Part shown: one piece after another, positions 10,472 through 19,084 of the stretch
How the letters are laid out: each line of letters begins with the position of its first letter
How positions within the stretch are numbered: the first letter of the stretch is position 1
DNA from: Anaeromyxobacteraceae bacterium
Lineage (GTDB): Bacteria; Myxococcota; Myxococcia; Myxococcales; Anaeromyxobacteraceae
Reading direction: 5' to 3'
Assembly: GCA_047602405.1 (NCBI GenBank)
Contig: JASGHJ010000002.1
Coordinates: forward strand, 896,001-960,000
Length of the DNA: 64,000 nt
The notes under the pieces: model-generated
Seen by the model: the letters and a program-made list of their open reading frames with translations, nothing else
Told to the model about the DNA's origin: nothing
Database searches by the model: none
Made by a program: the position numbers and the translations under genes

Positions 10472-11109
10472 CCTCGCCATCGAAGGCACTTCTCATCGCG
10501 TTCACCCTCGCCATCCCTCTCTCCGCGAGGCCGCTCTGGTACGCGCAGGGCGGGCCGGATGGACGGGTTCGGGCCTGTGCCCAGGCCGAGGACCGCATCG
10601 ACGAGGTGCTCGCGCACGCCAACCAGGGCTGGTCGAAGGCGAGCGGCGGGAAGGGCTCCGCGTGCGCCTACAGGGCCCAGGGCGGCGAGGCCCTCATCGG
10701 TTACATGATCGACTGCCGCGAAGGCGGCGAGCACATGTTCTTCCGCACCCGCGACGACTGCGAGCGGTTCAGGACGACGGTGAACTCCGGGGCCGCGATC
10801 GAGCCCGAGCAGTACGTGCCGAAGGGCACGAAGAACCGAGCGGGGTGGATGAGCGCGCTCACCGCCTGCGTTCACACGATGGCGAAGCCGGCCACCCTCG
10901 AGAAGGCCGGTCTCGGGAATGTGGTCGCGCTGTGCGAGTGCCAGGCGAAGAAGTGCGGCATGGAGGCCGAGGTCACCCCGGAGGTCGCGAGCGAGGCGTT
11001 CATGGCGTGCCTTCGCGAGGCACCGCCCACCGTCCGCGCGAACCTGATCCTGGGGTACCAGGGCGCGAAGGGCGACCCGCCGCCGGCGTCCTCGAAACCT
11101 TCCAGGTAG
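10468..11109 (+). CDS. Secreted Cys-rich hypothetical protein
   Basis: N-terminal signal peptide, nine Cys, GGAGG RBS, GTGA overlap with the previous ORF. Confidence 0.65.
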   Translation: MTSPSKALLIAFTLAIPLSARPLWYAQGGPDGRVRACAQAEDRIDEVLAHANQGWSKASGGKGSACAYRAQGGEALIGYMIDCREGGEHMFFRTRDDCERFRTTVNSGAAIEPEQYVPKGTKNRAGWMSALTACVHTMAKPATLEKAGLGNVVALCECQAKKCGMEAEVTPEVASEAFMACLREAPPTVRANLILGYQGAKGDPPPASSKPSR

Positions 11110-11181
11110 TGCCCTCAACCGCGCGCTCGACCGTGAAGGCCGCGACGATCCGGCTGCCGCCCGCGAGGTCGCGGCCGCCGA

Positions 11182-12798
11182 TCAGTTCCCCCAGCGCGCG
11201 TGGACCTGGGGACCGGAGACGCCTTCCTCGATCCACGCGACGACGGGCCGCCCGTCGGTGTCGAGCGCGAAGGCCGCCGGCCGGCCGGGGTCGGTCGTCG
11301 CGAACGAGATGGGGGCCATCTCCTGGACCCACGCGCTCCCGTCGAACGGGAGGCTCGCCGCCTGGAGGCGGTGGCCGGAGCCCGCGCCCGGCTCCTGCCA
11401 GAGGAGGTGGAGCACGCCCTTCGACGCGATCAGCCCCTTCGCGATCGCCCCCGGGGACGCGACGCCTGGCAGGGCCGTCCAGGTCTGGCCGGAGACGTTG
11501 GCGACCTCCACGACGAGCCCGGCCCCGGGGACGCCGCGGGCGCGGAACAGCCTCCAGTAGTCGCTGTCGGACGTGGCGAGCACGGCGCGGTCGCCGTCGG
11601 GCACCGGCACGGGCGAGCCGATCGGACGCCAGGACGCGCCGTTCCACGCGAGGGTGCGCACGGCCGACCCTCCGCCGGCGCCCGGCTCCACCCACGACAG
11701 CACGGGCACGCCGCCCAGCAGCTCGAAGGCGGGCCGCCCGATGGACGACGACGCGCACGCCAGCTCGGGAGTCTCCTGCCAGGTCGGCGTGGGGCTGTAC
11801 CCGATCGGCTTCCGCACGCCGACGTGGGTGCAGCGGGCAGCCCCGGAGTCCCTCCAGGCCAGGCCCGCGCCGTGGGCGTTCATCTCGAAGGAGACCTCGG
11901 CCACGCCCTCCGTCGCGACCTCCCACGAGCGCACGAAGGAGGGCACGGTTCCCTCCATCCGGAAGACGTGGATGGACTTGCCCTGCACCAGGGCGGCCCA
12001 GTCGTACGGGTCCAGCCGCGCGAAGGCGACCGCCGACTCCGGCCGGAGCGCGCTGGTCGAGGTGCAGGCGTCGTGGATCCGGATGCCTCCGCCGACCTCG
12101 TCGTCGCCGACGTGCCAGCGGCGGCCCGCCCGCTCCAGCGACAGCGTCCGGCCCGTCGGCGTGCCCGCCACCACCTGATCGATCGTCGAGGGGACGGCGA
12201 AGGTCCACTCCGCGCTCGTCGGGTTCCCGGCGAGGTCCTGGACCGTCAACCGGATCGACCCGGCCATCGGGATCGAGGGCGGGTCCAGCGCCACGAGCAA
12301 CCTCTGGTAGTCGGCGCTCGCGATCCGCAGGCCGTCGCCCTGGATCGAGATCGACTCGCGGTCGATGACCTCGTCGAAGTCCACCTCGATCGGACAACCC
12401 TGGAGGTGGTCCGCGCCCGGCAAGGGAGCGCGGCCCACGATCTTCGGCGGGGTCCGATCGACCGTGAAGGTCTCCTTCGCGAACCTCGTGCCCTCGCTGG
12501 TGGTCGCGCGGGCCTGCACCTCGTGGGCGCCCTCCGGGAACGCGGCCACGTCGAACCTGCAGACGCCGGAGCGGGGGGCCATGCAGGAGGGCAGCCCGTC
12601 GACGGTGAAGGTGACGTGGGTCACCTCGGGCGAGGCGTAGACCCCGACCTGCAGGGCATCCCGCACGTGGTCGTAGGGCTCGAACCTGATGGTGAACTCC
12701 TGCACCTGTCGTGGCCCGCCGCCGCCATCGTTCCGGCCGCAGCCCAGCACGAGAGCGAGTGCCCCGGCGACGATGATCGGCTTCGCGTGGCGGTTCAT
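11182..12798 (-). CDS. Lipoprotein with Ig-like domains and beta-rich C-terminal region
   Basis: MNRHAKPIIVAGALALVLGC lipobox; 'FTVDRTPP' and 'VQDLAGN...WTF' Big-type motifs. Confidence 0.7.
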   Translation of the reverse strand: MNRHAKPIIVAGALALVLGCGRNDGGGGPRQVQEFTIRFEPYDHVRDALQVGVYASPEVTHVTFTVDGLPSCMAPRSGVCRFDVAAFPEGAHEVQARATTSEGTRFAKETFTVDRTPPKIVGRAPLPGADHLQGCPIEVDFDEVIDRESISIQGDGLRIASADYQRLLVALDPPSIPMAGSIRLTVQDLAGNPTSAEWTFAVPSTIDQVVAGTPTGRTLSLERAGRRWHVGDDEVGGGIRIHDACTSTSALRPESAVAFARLDPYDWAALVQGKSIHVFRMEGTVPSFVRSWEVATEGVAEVSFEMNAHGAGLAWRDSGAARCTHVGVRKPIGYSPTPTWQETPELACASSSIGRPAFELLGGVPVLSWVEPGAGGGSAVRTLAWNGASWRPIGSPVPVPDGDRAVLATSDSDYWRLFRARGVPGAGLVVEVANVSGQTWTALPGVASPGAIAKGLIASKGVLHLLWQEPGAGSGHRLQAASLPFDGSAWVQEMAPISFATTDPGRPAAFALDTDGRPVVAWIEEGVSGPQVHARWGN

Positions 12799-12904
12799 GG
12801 CGGCCCCCCTGGCAACACCAGCAAGGCCCGCACTCGGAGTCAAGGAACATCGCCTGTGCCCGGTTGCCGCAGGTCCGGTCCGGTGGCTCGACCGGACCGA
12901 CGCA

Positions 12905-13009
12905 GAAAAGAGGAAGGCCGGGAGCCCACCCGCTCGTCGCGAGGGAACTCCCGGCCTTCCGGTTGCGCGCGGTAAGGGATTCGAACCCCTGGCCTTCGGC
13001 TCCGGAGGC
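12905..13009. repeat. att direct repeat (displaced 3' half of tRNA-Arg plus terminator)
   Basis: 102/105 identical to 24883-24987; identity ends just past the anticodon arm. Confidence 0.95.
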
Positions 13010-13363
13010 GGCCCTCGCATCGATGCAACCGTCCCAGCCGGTCGCAACCGTGCGGAACCTCTCGACCGTGGACGTGTGGTCGCCGTCCAAGGATCGCAAC
13101 CCAACCCAGGCACCGTGATCGGCTCTGCTGGACTCTCTGCTGGACCGAAACCGGGCCGAGGGCAGCTCGCGCTGGTGCCGGGGACCGTGGAGGGCCTGCT
13201 CACGGTCCGCGACGTGGCCGAGAGGTTGGCGGTCTCGACGGCGACGGTCTACGGGCTGGTCCGGCGGGGGCTCATCGCGAGCGTCCGGGTCTCGAACGCG
13301 ATCCGATTCGCGAGGAGCGATCTGGAGGAGATGATCGCGCGCGCGGGCTGGAGGCCCGACTGA
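13010..13363 (+). CDS. Displaced integrase C-terminal segment ending in an excisionase-like HTH (MerR/HTH_17) domain
   Basis: In frame with the integrase across the att core; 'LLTVRDVAERLAVSTATVYGLVRRGLIASVRVSNAIRFARSDL'. Alternative own start at GTG 13187. Confidence 0.8.
   Translation, partial: GPRIDATVPAGRNRAEPLDRGRVVAVQGSQPNPGTVIGSAGLSAGPKPGRGQLALVPGTVEGLLTVRDVAERLAVSTATVYGLVRRGLIASVRVSNAIRFARSDLEEMIARAGWRPD
13126..13147 (+). promoter_or_regulatory. Putative integrase arm-type binding site (tandem TGCTGGAC)
   Basis: TGCTGGACTCTCTGCTGGACCG, 20/22 identical to 24851-24872 at the other end of the element. Confidence 0.7.
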
Positions 13364-13424
13364 GCCGGGTTCAGATTGTCCGTCGTCAACTGAGCGTCCT
13401 GGCTCGGGGAGTACCGTATCCGCC

Positions 13425-14078
13425 ATGGGAAAGAAGAGGCGGCGGGAAGAGCCCTGGTACCGGAACAGTTGGCGGGTCGCGCTGCTGTCGTTGGCGGTTG
13501 CCGTCTTGGCATTGGCGGCCAGCATCGTGATCTACGTCCTCCAGTCCCGCGACACCGCGCACGTCGAGTTCGTCCCGGCCCGGACGCGGATCGTGCTGCA
13601 CGAGGGCGACGGTCAGCCGCACGTCGCGATCCTCTCGCTCTTGAGCAAGGGGAATCGAGGAACGGTCGTGCGCGAAATCCGACTGGTAGATTCCGGTGGC
13701 CAGACGATTCGGGGCTACCGCAGCGCTCCTGTTGGCGAGTGCGATCCGCTGCTGCCTATCACCCTGGGTGCTCCGGATGAGCGCGCGGTGACTCTCCGGA
13801 TCTCGCCGGCGGAGGAGGCGCGTCTGAACCGGATCGAGGTGGATGCCATCGAGGGCGCGAAGCCCATCGTGTGGCCCTACGTGCGGATCTCCGGCTTGGC
13901 GGAAGGGCACGGCGGGGCTTTCGGCACCCTCACGATCACGCCCGCCCCCGCCGCGACGGCTCCAGGCGAAACCGCCAAGGCCTCGGACGGTGTCGTGGAC
14001 GAACTGATCCCGGCGAAGAACAACGCCGCCAGGCCTGCCGTTCCTACCTCCGCGCCCCCCAGCAAGACGCCTCCGTGA
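13425..14078 (+). CDS. Membrane-anchored hypothetical protein (element cargo)
   Basis: Basic N-terminus, a single TM helix, then a beta-rich domain. Confidence 0.65.
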   Translation: MGKKRRREEPWYRNSWRVALLSLAVAVLALAASIVIYVLQSRDTAHVEFVPARTRIVLHEGDGQPHVAILSLLSKGNRGTVVREIRLVDSGGQTIRGYRSAPVGECDPLLPITLGAPDERAVTLRISPAEEARLNRIEVDAIEGAKPIVWPYVRISGLAEGHGGAFGTLTITPAPAATAPGETAKASDGVVDELIPAKNNAARPAVPTSAPPSKTPP

Positions 14079-14290
14079 GCCGCTGGAACCACGCGATCTG
14101 CTGGGACTGCTGGGAGCCGGTGATGAGCGCCGCCGGCTACCCGAACCGCGACCCGGTCCGGGTCATCGACTCCGAGCCGGTGCCCTGCTGCTGGTGCGGC
14201 ACCGAGACGGACGCGGGGATCTTCCTGCGGAAGACCCCCGAGGACCCGGGGCTCGCCTGTGCGTTTTCGACGTTCCACGAGGACGAGTAG
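14075..14290 (+). CDS. Small Cys-rich (Zn-finger-like) protein
   Basis: GTG overlaps the previous stop; 'HAICWDCW...CCWCG'. Confidence 0.55.
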   Translation: MSRWNHAICWDCWEPVMSAAGYPNRDPVRVIDSEPVPCCWCGTETDAGIFLRKTPEDPGLACAFSTFHEDE

Positions 14291-14414
14291 ACGGTTTCTC
14301 TCTCGGTCGAAACTCACCGCTTTTCGGGGGCTTCGTTCCTGACGGCGTCCCCCGGCGAGGTCCGTGAAGTAGCGGGCTGCCTGGGACATGTCAGCCAGAC
14401 CCTTACTCTCCGTT

Positions 14415-14443
14415 TTGCGATGTCGGCGAGGCGCGCCCATAAT
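14415..14443 (+). promoter_or_regulatory. Sigma70-like promoter for the PIN pair
   Basis: TTGCGA-17 nt-CATAAT, 9 nt upstream of ATG 14453 (near-leaderless). Confidence 0.6.
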
Positions 14444-14452
14444 GCCCTGGTC

Positions 14453-15190
14453 ATGCAGGGCGAGATCCTCATCGAGGTCGCCGGGCCAGGCGTACGACCG
14501 CGCACGGTGGCAGCGCGCGAGTTGCTCGCGCTGGCGTCGGCCTACCTCGACGCCATCGCCGGGCTCGTCAGGGACGAGCGGGATCACGAGCTGACCATCC
14601 AGGGAATCCGGATCGTCGCGAAGTGCGCCGCCGTCATGGTGCACGCCGACCGGGGCGATCTTGCTGCGGAAGCCGGCGCGCAGGCCACACGGTATCTCAC
14701 CAACCTGGACGACGCGCCTCACGGCGTCCGCAAGCACCTCGGGCGGCTCGCAGCCGCCATCGGGGAGCTGCCGCCCCAGTACACGCCCTCGGCGCGCTTC
14801 CGCACCTCGAAGGGCGAGCAGGTCTTCAAGCTGGAGGTGGTCAGGCCGGAGGTGACGCTCCCGGCGTTCGAGGTCGTCGTGCTCCGGGCCGAGCCGATCA
14901 AGGCCGGCGGGAACGAGCCCGAGGCTCGGTTTGAAGCGCGCGGGGAGGGGCGGTTCACGCTCAAGGCCCCAGGGGATTGGGACACCATCAGGAAGGTGGG
15001 AGCCTCCCTTCACAAGCCGTGTGACATCGTGGCGAAGGTTCGCCGCAACGCGGAGGGCGTCATCGAGGGCGGCGAGATCCTGGCCGTCGAGATCCCCGAC
15101 GCGGACTCGCGCGGCGCGTGGGAGAAGTGGTACGCGGCGAACGCCAGGAACGTGTCGTTCGAGTCCGAGCAGGAGGGCTCTGACGAGTGA
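14453..15190 (+). CDS. Hypothetical protein, partner of the PIN nuclease
   Basis: 245-aa ORF with a GTGA overlap into the PIN gene. Confidence 0.7.
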   Translation: MQGEILIEVAGPGVRPRTVAARELLALASAYLDAIAGLVRDERDHELTIQGIRIVAKCAAVMVHADRGDLAAEAGAQATRYLTNLDDAPHGVRKHLGRLAAAIGELPPQYTPSARFRTSKGEQVFKLEVVRPEVTLPAFEVVVLRAEPIKAGGNEPEARFEARGEGRFTLKAPGDWDTIRKVGASLHKPCDIVAKVRRNAEGVIEGGEILAVEIPDADSRGAWEKWYAANARNVSFESEQEGSDE

Positions 15191-15768
15191 GCGGCCCCGT
15201 CCAGACCCCCACGTTCGTCATGGAAGACGCCAAGCTTCCCCGCATGGCCGCCGTCGATGCCGGGGTCCTGTTCAGGGCGCTGGAGAAGAAGAAGAAAGAC
15301 CGCTTCGCCCAGGCGTGCAGGGACTTCTGGGTCGCGATGCTGAAGGACCCGAACCGGCGGATCATCATCCCCGCGCCGGCGTTCGCGGAGTACCTGCGCG
15401 GCGGCGCGTCCGCGCTGCCGAGCACGGCGCAGGTGTACGTGGTGCCGTTCGACGCGAGGTGCGCCGAGATCATGGCGGAGTCGCTGCCGCAGCACATCCT
15501 CTCGGTCCAGATCGCCGCGTTCAAGGCGCAGTACGGGAAGGACCGCGAGGGGAATGAGGCGCCCGGCTCGTTCATCAAGTACGACGCCATGATCGCCGTC
15601 TGCGCGAAGAGGTGGGGCGCCGACCGACTCGTGTCCATCGATACCGACCTGAAGAAGCTCGCCGCGAAGCTGCCGCTGGACTGCCAGACCCCCGACTACT
15701 TCTACGGCGACCAGGTGCACATCGACGTGGCGAAGCTCCGCGCGGTCGGGTCGTCCGAAGAGAAGTAG
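15187..15768 (+). CDS. PIN-domain (VapC-like) ribonuclease
   Basis: Acidic PIN residues in 'AAVDAGVL', 'PAFAEYL', 'KYDAMIAVCA' and 'LVSIDTDL'. Confidence 0.8.
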   Translation: MSGPVQTPTFVMEDAKLPRMAAVDAGVLFRALEKKKKDRFAQACRDFWVAMLKDPNRRIIIPAPAFAEYLRGGASALPSTAQVYVVPFDARCAEIMAESLPQHILSVQIAAFKAQYGKDREGNEAPGSFIKYDAMIAVCAKRWGADRLVSIDTDLKKLAAKLPLDCQTPDYFYGDQVHIDVAKLRAVGSSEEK

Positions 15769-15860
15769 CTCGCCAGTAAAGGCGACGCGCCCCCCCGGCA
15801 GGCCCTCGGACTCCGGGAGGAAGTCGGAGCCGGCACCCGATGCGCGGACGAGTACCTTGT

Positions 15861-16274
15861 TCACCGAGTGGTGCGGGCCGCCTCTTCAAGCTGATCGCGG
15901 CTGACGAAGGGCCAGACCCCATGGTCGCCCATCTCGAACCGAGGGGAAAGGCAGCATATGACTCTCCCCACGAACGGAACAGACGCGAGCGGAGGCCACC
16001 GATACGACAGATCGGACCTCAAGAACGTGATGCAGCGGCGGAATCCGTCCGACGCCTCAACTGACAGCGCGAAGCGCCCTTCGAGGCGATGCTCGTGCAG
16101 GTCGTCGTAGTAGTGCCAGACCCAGGCGTACACGGCGTTCACCGCCCGATCCTTGGACCTTGGGTAAGCCTTCTCGAACTCGTCGTTCGTGATCCCGCAC
16201 GCCGCGAGCTTTCCGATGAGTTCAGCTGCCCTGTCCCGCGCCGATTCGTCTCGAACGTCCACGACCGGGACCAT
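15861..16274 (-). CDS. Hypothetical protein
   Basis: 'GITNDEFE...WHYYDDLHEHRL...RCITFLRSDLSYRWP...WPF' is protein-like; lower-GC codons. Confidence 0.65.
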   Translation of the reverse strand: MVPVVDVRDESARDRAAELIGKLAACGITNDEFEKAYPRSKDRAVNAVYAWVWHYYDDLHEHRLEGRFALSVEASDGFRRCITFLRSDLSYRWPPLASVPFVGRVICCLSPRFEMGDHGVWPFVSRDQLEEAARTTR

Positions 16275-16333
16275 ACCGCGCGCACGCTCCGCTCGCGACG
16301 TTGGCAGGACGGGATGCCGAACGCCATGCCGGC

Positions 16334-16555
16334 CTACTCCCCGGGCCAGCGCGCCGCAGTCGAGCTGCACTCCGAGAAGATCACCCGCACGGCAACGCTG
16401 GGCAGGCCCGCCGCTTTCGCATCGGCCAGGAGCTGCTCGCCCTTCGCGATCTCGTCGGCGGGCGTCGTCGGGAGCTGCACCACGACGAGGCACCCCTGGG
16501 GGCTCAACGCGAACTCCAGCGCCTTGATCCGGCTCCCGTGGGACTGGAAGGCCAT
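16334..16555 (-). CDS. Small hypothetical protein
   Basis: ATG 3 nt after the previous stop in a coupled minus-strand gene string. Confidence 0.45.
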   Translation of the reverse strand: MAFQSHGSRIKALEFALSPQGCLVVVQLPTTPADEIAKGEQLLADAKAAGLPSVAVRVIFSECSSTAARWPGE

Positions 16556-16558
16556 GGG

Positions 16559-16882
16559 CTAGTGCGAGGCCGTGCGGTTGCGGGCCATGGCCTCTTCGAG
16601 CTTTACGATCCGGCCCTCGTGGTCTGCGTCGCGCAGCACCACGGCGAGCTTCGCGAGGAGGTCGCCCTTCGCGCGCGCGAGCGCGATCCGGAGCGTGGGC
16701 GACAGCTCGGCCGCCGGGATCTCGCACAGCTCGCGGTAGGCCGCCCCGAACGCGCGCCGGATGCCGGCCGGCGAGGAGGTGCGCGGGCCGCGCGGCTTCG
16801 CTCTCCAGTCGTCGCCCTCGGTCGTCGCCGGCGTCGTCTCGGCGGTGCTCTCGCTCTCGTTGTCCATCTCGTCTCCGTTCAT
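16559..16882 (-). CDS. Small helical protein (possible small-terminase-like)
   Basis: ATGA overlap; C-terminal 'EGRIVKLEEAM' coiled coil. Confidence 0.5.
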   Translation of the reverse strand: MNGDEMDNESESTAETTPATTEGDDWRAKPRGPRTSSPAGIRRAFGAAYRELCEIPAAELSPTLRIALARAKGDLLAKLAVVLRDADHEGRIVKLEEAMARNRTASH

Positions 16883-17169
16883 CTACGCCCCCGGTGCGCG
16901 CGCTCCCACGCCACGACTGCCCTCCGCTCGTCCTCGGCCCATCGCATCTCTTCCTCGTCCAGCAGCTCCGCGATCAGCTCCTCGCGGATCCCGTCGCGGC
17001 GTGCCTGGCGCTCGCGGCGCACCCGGTCCTGCGCCCGCCACATGGCGCGTACCAGGGGATCACGCAGCAGGCCGTCCCCCTCGGCGTCGTACCCCGGGGG
17101 CGCCGGGGCAATGATGCTGTGGTCGGCGCGCCGGATGAACGCGATCCGGCGGCGCGGCGGCCAGGGCAT
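16879..17169 (-). CDS. Hypothetical protein
   Basis: Start abuts the upstream stop (TAG-ATG); part of a coupled operon. Confidence 0.5.
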   Translation of the reverse strand: MPWPPRRRIAFIRRADHSIIAPAPPGYDAEGDGLLRDPLVRAMWRAQDRVRRERQARRDGIREELIAELLDEEEMRWAEDERRAVVAWERAHRGRR

Positions 17170-17499
17170 CTAGTCCTCCTCGGCCTCGGGCTCGGGGTCG
17201 AAGCCGCGCCCCACGGACACAACCTCGTGCAGGTTCCGGCGCACGTAGTCGTCGCGCGCGGCGTCATCGGCCAGGCTCGATAGGAACCGATCCTCCTTGA
17301 TCGCCAGGGCGACGAGGATTGCGGCCCCGCCGAGCGAGCGGTCCACCGAGGCGTCCGCGAAGCGATGGGCGAGGGCCCGCGCCTCGTCATCGGGAAGCTT
17401 CTCGACGCGCTCCGCGAACTGATCGAGTTCATGGGCGGCACGGTCGGAAAGATTCAGGTCCCTGGCCGCCTCCCTCGCGATCTTGGTGGCGTAGCTCAT
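17170..17499 (-). CDS. Hypothetical protein
   Basis: AAGGAGGT RBS, ATGA overlap, acidic tail. Confidence 0.65.
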   Translation of the reverse strand: MSYATKIAREAARDLNLSDRAAHELDQFAERVEKLPDDEARALAHRFADASVDRSLGGAAILVALAIKEDRFLSSLADDAARDDYVRRNLHEVVSVGRGFDPEPEAEED

Positions 17500-18362
17500 C
17501 CCTGCACCTCCTTCGTGGTCGTCGTGAACTTCGACTCGGCCAAGACCGCGGCGAAGAGCAGCTCGCTGCGCTTGAAGACCGACGCGCCGTCCAGGAGGAG
17601 GCCTAGGGCCTGCGCCACCAGGGCGGAACTGTTCGCGCCGATGCCGCCGCCGTTCATCCTGTCCCGGAGGTATAGGTGATCGAGCGCGCTCAAGAGCGCG
17701 GCCTTGCTCTTCGCGAGCCGCGCGGGGTCGTTCACCGCCGCGCGCACCCGGGCGGCGTCGCGGGAGTCGGCCTCGCGGGTAGCCTGTTCGAGTTCAGCGC
17801 GAACCCGCTCAAGCGCGACTTCCAGCGCGTCAGCCTCGGCCAGCGCGGTCGCCTCGATCTCGCTCGCCCGCGCCAGGAGGTCCCGCCGCTCGACGAAGAG
17901 CCGATCCGCGTCCGGCCCGGGGTCGAGGGCGCGGCCGATCTGCGCCTCGCGGTGGTGGTCCCGCGCGCTCGACGCGGCGGCGGCCAGCTCCGGGAGCCGA
18001 GCCCGCGCCGCCTCCAGCTCCCCGAAGATCCGGACGTGCTTCGCGCGGAGGTTCACGATCCGCAGGTCGTCCTCGTGGCGGCGGAGAGGACTCGCGGACC
18101 AGTCGCTTCCGTTCGGGCTGGCCCCCGTGGGCGTGCCGGCCGGCCTCGGTTCGCCCCCCTGGGTGGGCCCTGCCGGCGGGGGGTCCGACGCGGCGGCCGG
18201 CGCCGTGCCCGCCGCTGCCCCTCCGCCCGGCGCGGCGGGCTCGGTCGCCTGGCCGGCCTGCTCCAGCTCGGCGGCGCGGTCGGGCAGCGAGCCTGCCGCC
18301 TCGGTCGGCGGGATGCCGCCTCGACGGAAGGGAAACGCCAGGGCCTTGCGCGTGGTCGCCAT
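17496..18362 (-). CDS. Coiled-coil hypothetical protein with Pro/Ala-rich N-terminus
   Basis: 288-aa ORF with a long heptad-like Ala/Glu/Arg helix. Confidence 0.65.
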   Translation of the reverse strand: MATTRKALAFPFRRGGIPPTEAAGSLPDRAAELEQAGQATEPAAPGGGAAAGTAPAAASDPPPAGPTQGGEPRPAGTPTGASPNGSDWSASPLRRHEDDLRIVNLRAKHVRIFGELEAARARLPELAAAASSARDHHREAQIGRALDPGPDADRLFVERRDLLARASEIEATALAEADALEVALERVRAELEQATREADSRDAARVRAAVNDPARLAKSKAALLSALDHLYLRDRMNGGGIGANSSALVAQALGLLLDGASVFKRSELLFAAVLAESKFTTTTKEVQG

Positions 18363-18539
18363 CTACGGGCCCGCCCGGCGCTTGGCCCGGGGCGACGGCG
18401 CGCATGCGTCGGGCCGCTGCGCCTGGTCGGCGGTGAGCGTCCGGATCTCGATGCCGGCCGACCCGTAGGTGATCGGGGGTCGAGGCGCCGCGCCGGTGCC
18501 GGCGTCGCGCAACGGGTTCTTCTTCGTGCTTTTCGCCAT
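18363..18539 (-). CDS. Small hypothetical protein (58 aa), not in the ORF track
   Basis: GGAGGAG RBS then MAKSTKKNPLRDAG...; stop abuts the next ATG. Confidence 0.55.
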   Translation of the reverse strand: MAKSTKKNPLRDAGTGAAPRPPITYGSAGIEIRTLTADQAQRPDACAPSPRAKRRAGP

Positions 18540-18624
18540 CGTCGGCTCCTCCTGGTGGCCGGCGACGGCCGGCCGATGCTCCCAGAAGGTGCCCGGCGGA
18601 CACTCGCAACGTGCAGAGAAGATG

Positions 18625-18978
18625 CTAGGCGGAGCCGGGCCGGCTCCGGTCGCGCCAGCGCCGCACCGTCTGCGGGTGGACGTTGAACCGGCGCCCCGCG
18701 ATGCCCAACGCGCGCTCGACGCCCACGCCCTCGGCCAGCTTCTGCTCCACGAGCCGCACGGCCTCGACCTCGCGGATCTCGTTGTCGGGGCCGGCGTGCG
18801 CGCGAACGTAGCGCAACAGGACGCCCTCGGGACTGTCGGGGTGCGGGTTCTTCGAGGCGAGCACCGCCAAGGCGGCGACGGCGACCGTTCGAGGAGGAGG
18901 CGGATCGGGGCGGCGCGCGCGCGGGGGCCGCGCCCTGATCACGCCCATCGCCCCCCTCGCCGCCGCCGTCGAGCCCAC
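18625..18978 (-). CDS. Protein with C-terminal HTH
   Basis: 'VERALGIAGRRFNVHPQTVRRWR' HTH-like pattern; start uncertain. Confidence 0.5.
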   Translation of the reverse strand: MGSTAAARGAMGVIRARPPRARRPDPPPPRTVAVAALAVLASKNPHPDSPEGVLLRYVRAHAGPDNEIREVEAVRLVEQKLAEGVGVERALGIAGRRFNVHPQTVRRWRDRSRPGSA

Positions 18979-19084
18979 GCGCGCGCCCCGCCCCCCTCAC
19001 ACCCTACCCGTCGTCCACGACGTGTCGGCGCCCCGTGGTGTCCCGGAAGCGCGCTTCCCGGCCGCCCCTGGCTGACCCCCGCCG

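Noticed and set aside
12966..13009. Second tRNA-Arg gene
   Set aside because: Only the 3' half from the anticodon arm onward is present; it is the att duplicate.
18986..19010. G-rich tract on the minus strand as a cos/pac site or G-quadruplex
   Set aside because: Common by chance at this GC content, and no terminase or HNH gene is identified to support it.
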